Program-made: the position numbers and the translations under genes
The notes under the pieces: model-generated
Told to the model about the DNA's origin: nothing
The model's input: only the letters and a program-made list of their open reading frames with translations
Database searches by the model: none
NCBI GenBank assembly: GCA_963834385.1
Contig: CAWIBO010000002.1
Location: forward strand, 128,001-192,000
Source of the DNA: an uncultured Verrucomicrobiae bacterium
Lineage (GTDB): Bacteria; Verrucomicrobiota; Verrucomicrobiia; Chthoniobacterales; UBA10450
DNA length: 64,000 nucleotides
Direction: 5' to 3'
In this document: piece by piece, positions 63,608 to 64,000 of the stretch
How the letters are laid out: each line of letters starts with the position of its first letter
Numbering within the stretch: the stretch's first letter is position 1

Positions 63608-63681
63608 CCGTTCACCCTCTTAGGATGCGTCGCGGAAGCGAGCAACAATTTTTCAGCCGCGGCGCAGAGGGGCGCGAAAGA

Positions 63682-64000
63682 TCAATAGCGCGGCATGCTC
63701 GGATCGATCTCCGCGGCCCAGGCGTCCAGACCGCCCTCCAGGTTGAAGACCTGCGAAAACCCCTGCTGCTGCAGCCAGGCGGTGGCATGGGCGCTCCGGA
63801 AACCGCTCTTGCAAATGACCACTGTTTTCCTGCCGGGCTCGAGTTCCCCCGCGCGGGCAGGCAATTCTCCCAGCGGGATCAACGTCGAATCCGCCAGCCG
63901 CGCCAGGTCAAACTCCACCGGCTCGCGCACGTCGAGCAGGAAGGGCCGCGGCTCGCTCCGGAGCTGTTCCTCCAGTTCCTGCACCGTCACGACCGGCGGG
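63682..64000 (-). CDS. Rhodanese domain, probably the C-terminus of a MoeB/MoeZ-type protein starting outside the window
   Basis: 'LLDVREP.E', active-site 'CKSGFRS', 'NLEGGLDAW..EIDPSMPRY'. The frame is open to the window edge. Confidence 0.8.
   Translation of the reverse strand, partial: PPVVTVQELEEQLRSEPRPFLLDVREPVEFDLARLADSTLIPLGELPARAGELEPGRKTVVICKSGFRSAHATAWLQQQGFSQVFNLEGGLDAWAAEIDPSMPRY

Overview
High-GC chromosomal window, about 50 genes, most likely from a free-living Verrucomicrobia (Chthoniobacterales/Spartobacteria-like). This is inferred from the Amuc_1098-1102-type pilus operon, mcsA-mcsB-clpC and 'NISTRG'-repeat secreted proteins. Core genes: purL-purF-purM, tal, trmL, ilvE, mcsAB-clpC, xerC, mlaEFD, trpS, coaE, rho, rnd. 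Envelope/accessory genes: a TonB receptor fragment, an ECF sigma/anti-sigma/PDZ module, two MacB/FtsX-type permeases, a matrixin protease and an HpnO-like aminotransferase. The best candidate for an undescribed system is the trio at 54471-61927: a short FecR-domain protein, a small outer-membrane beta-barrel and an 1828-aa FecR-headed beta-helix-like exoprotein with an internal duplication. It looks like a dedicated secretion/surface-display unit rather than iron signalling. Also present: a RelE/ParE toxin relic missed by the ORF track beside an intact putative antitoxin, a REPIN-like inverted repeat, a tandem palindromic operator, and seven apparent +1 frameshifts that are probably sequencing errors. 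No rRNA, tRNA or CRISPR array was recognised. All family calls come from motif recognition by eye, not database searches.
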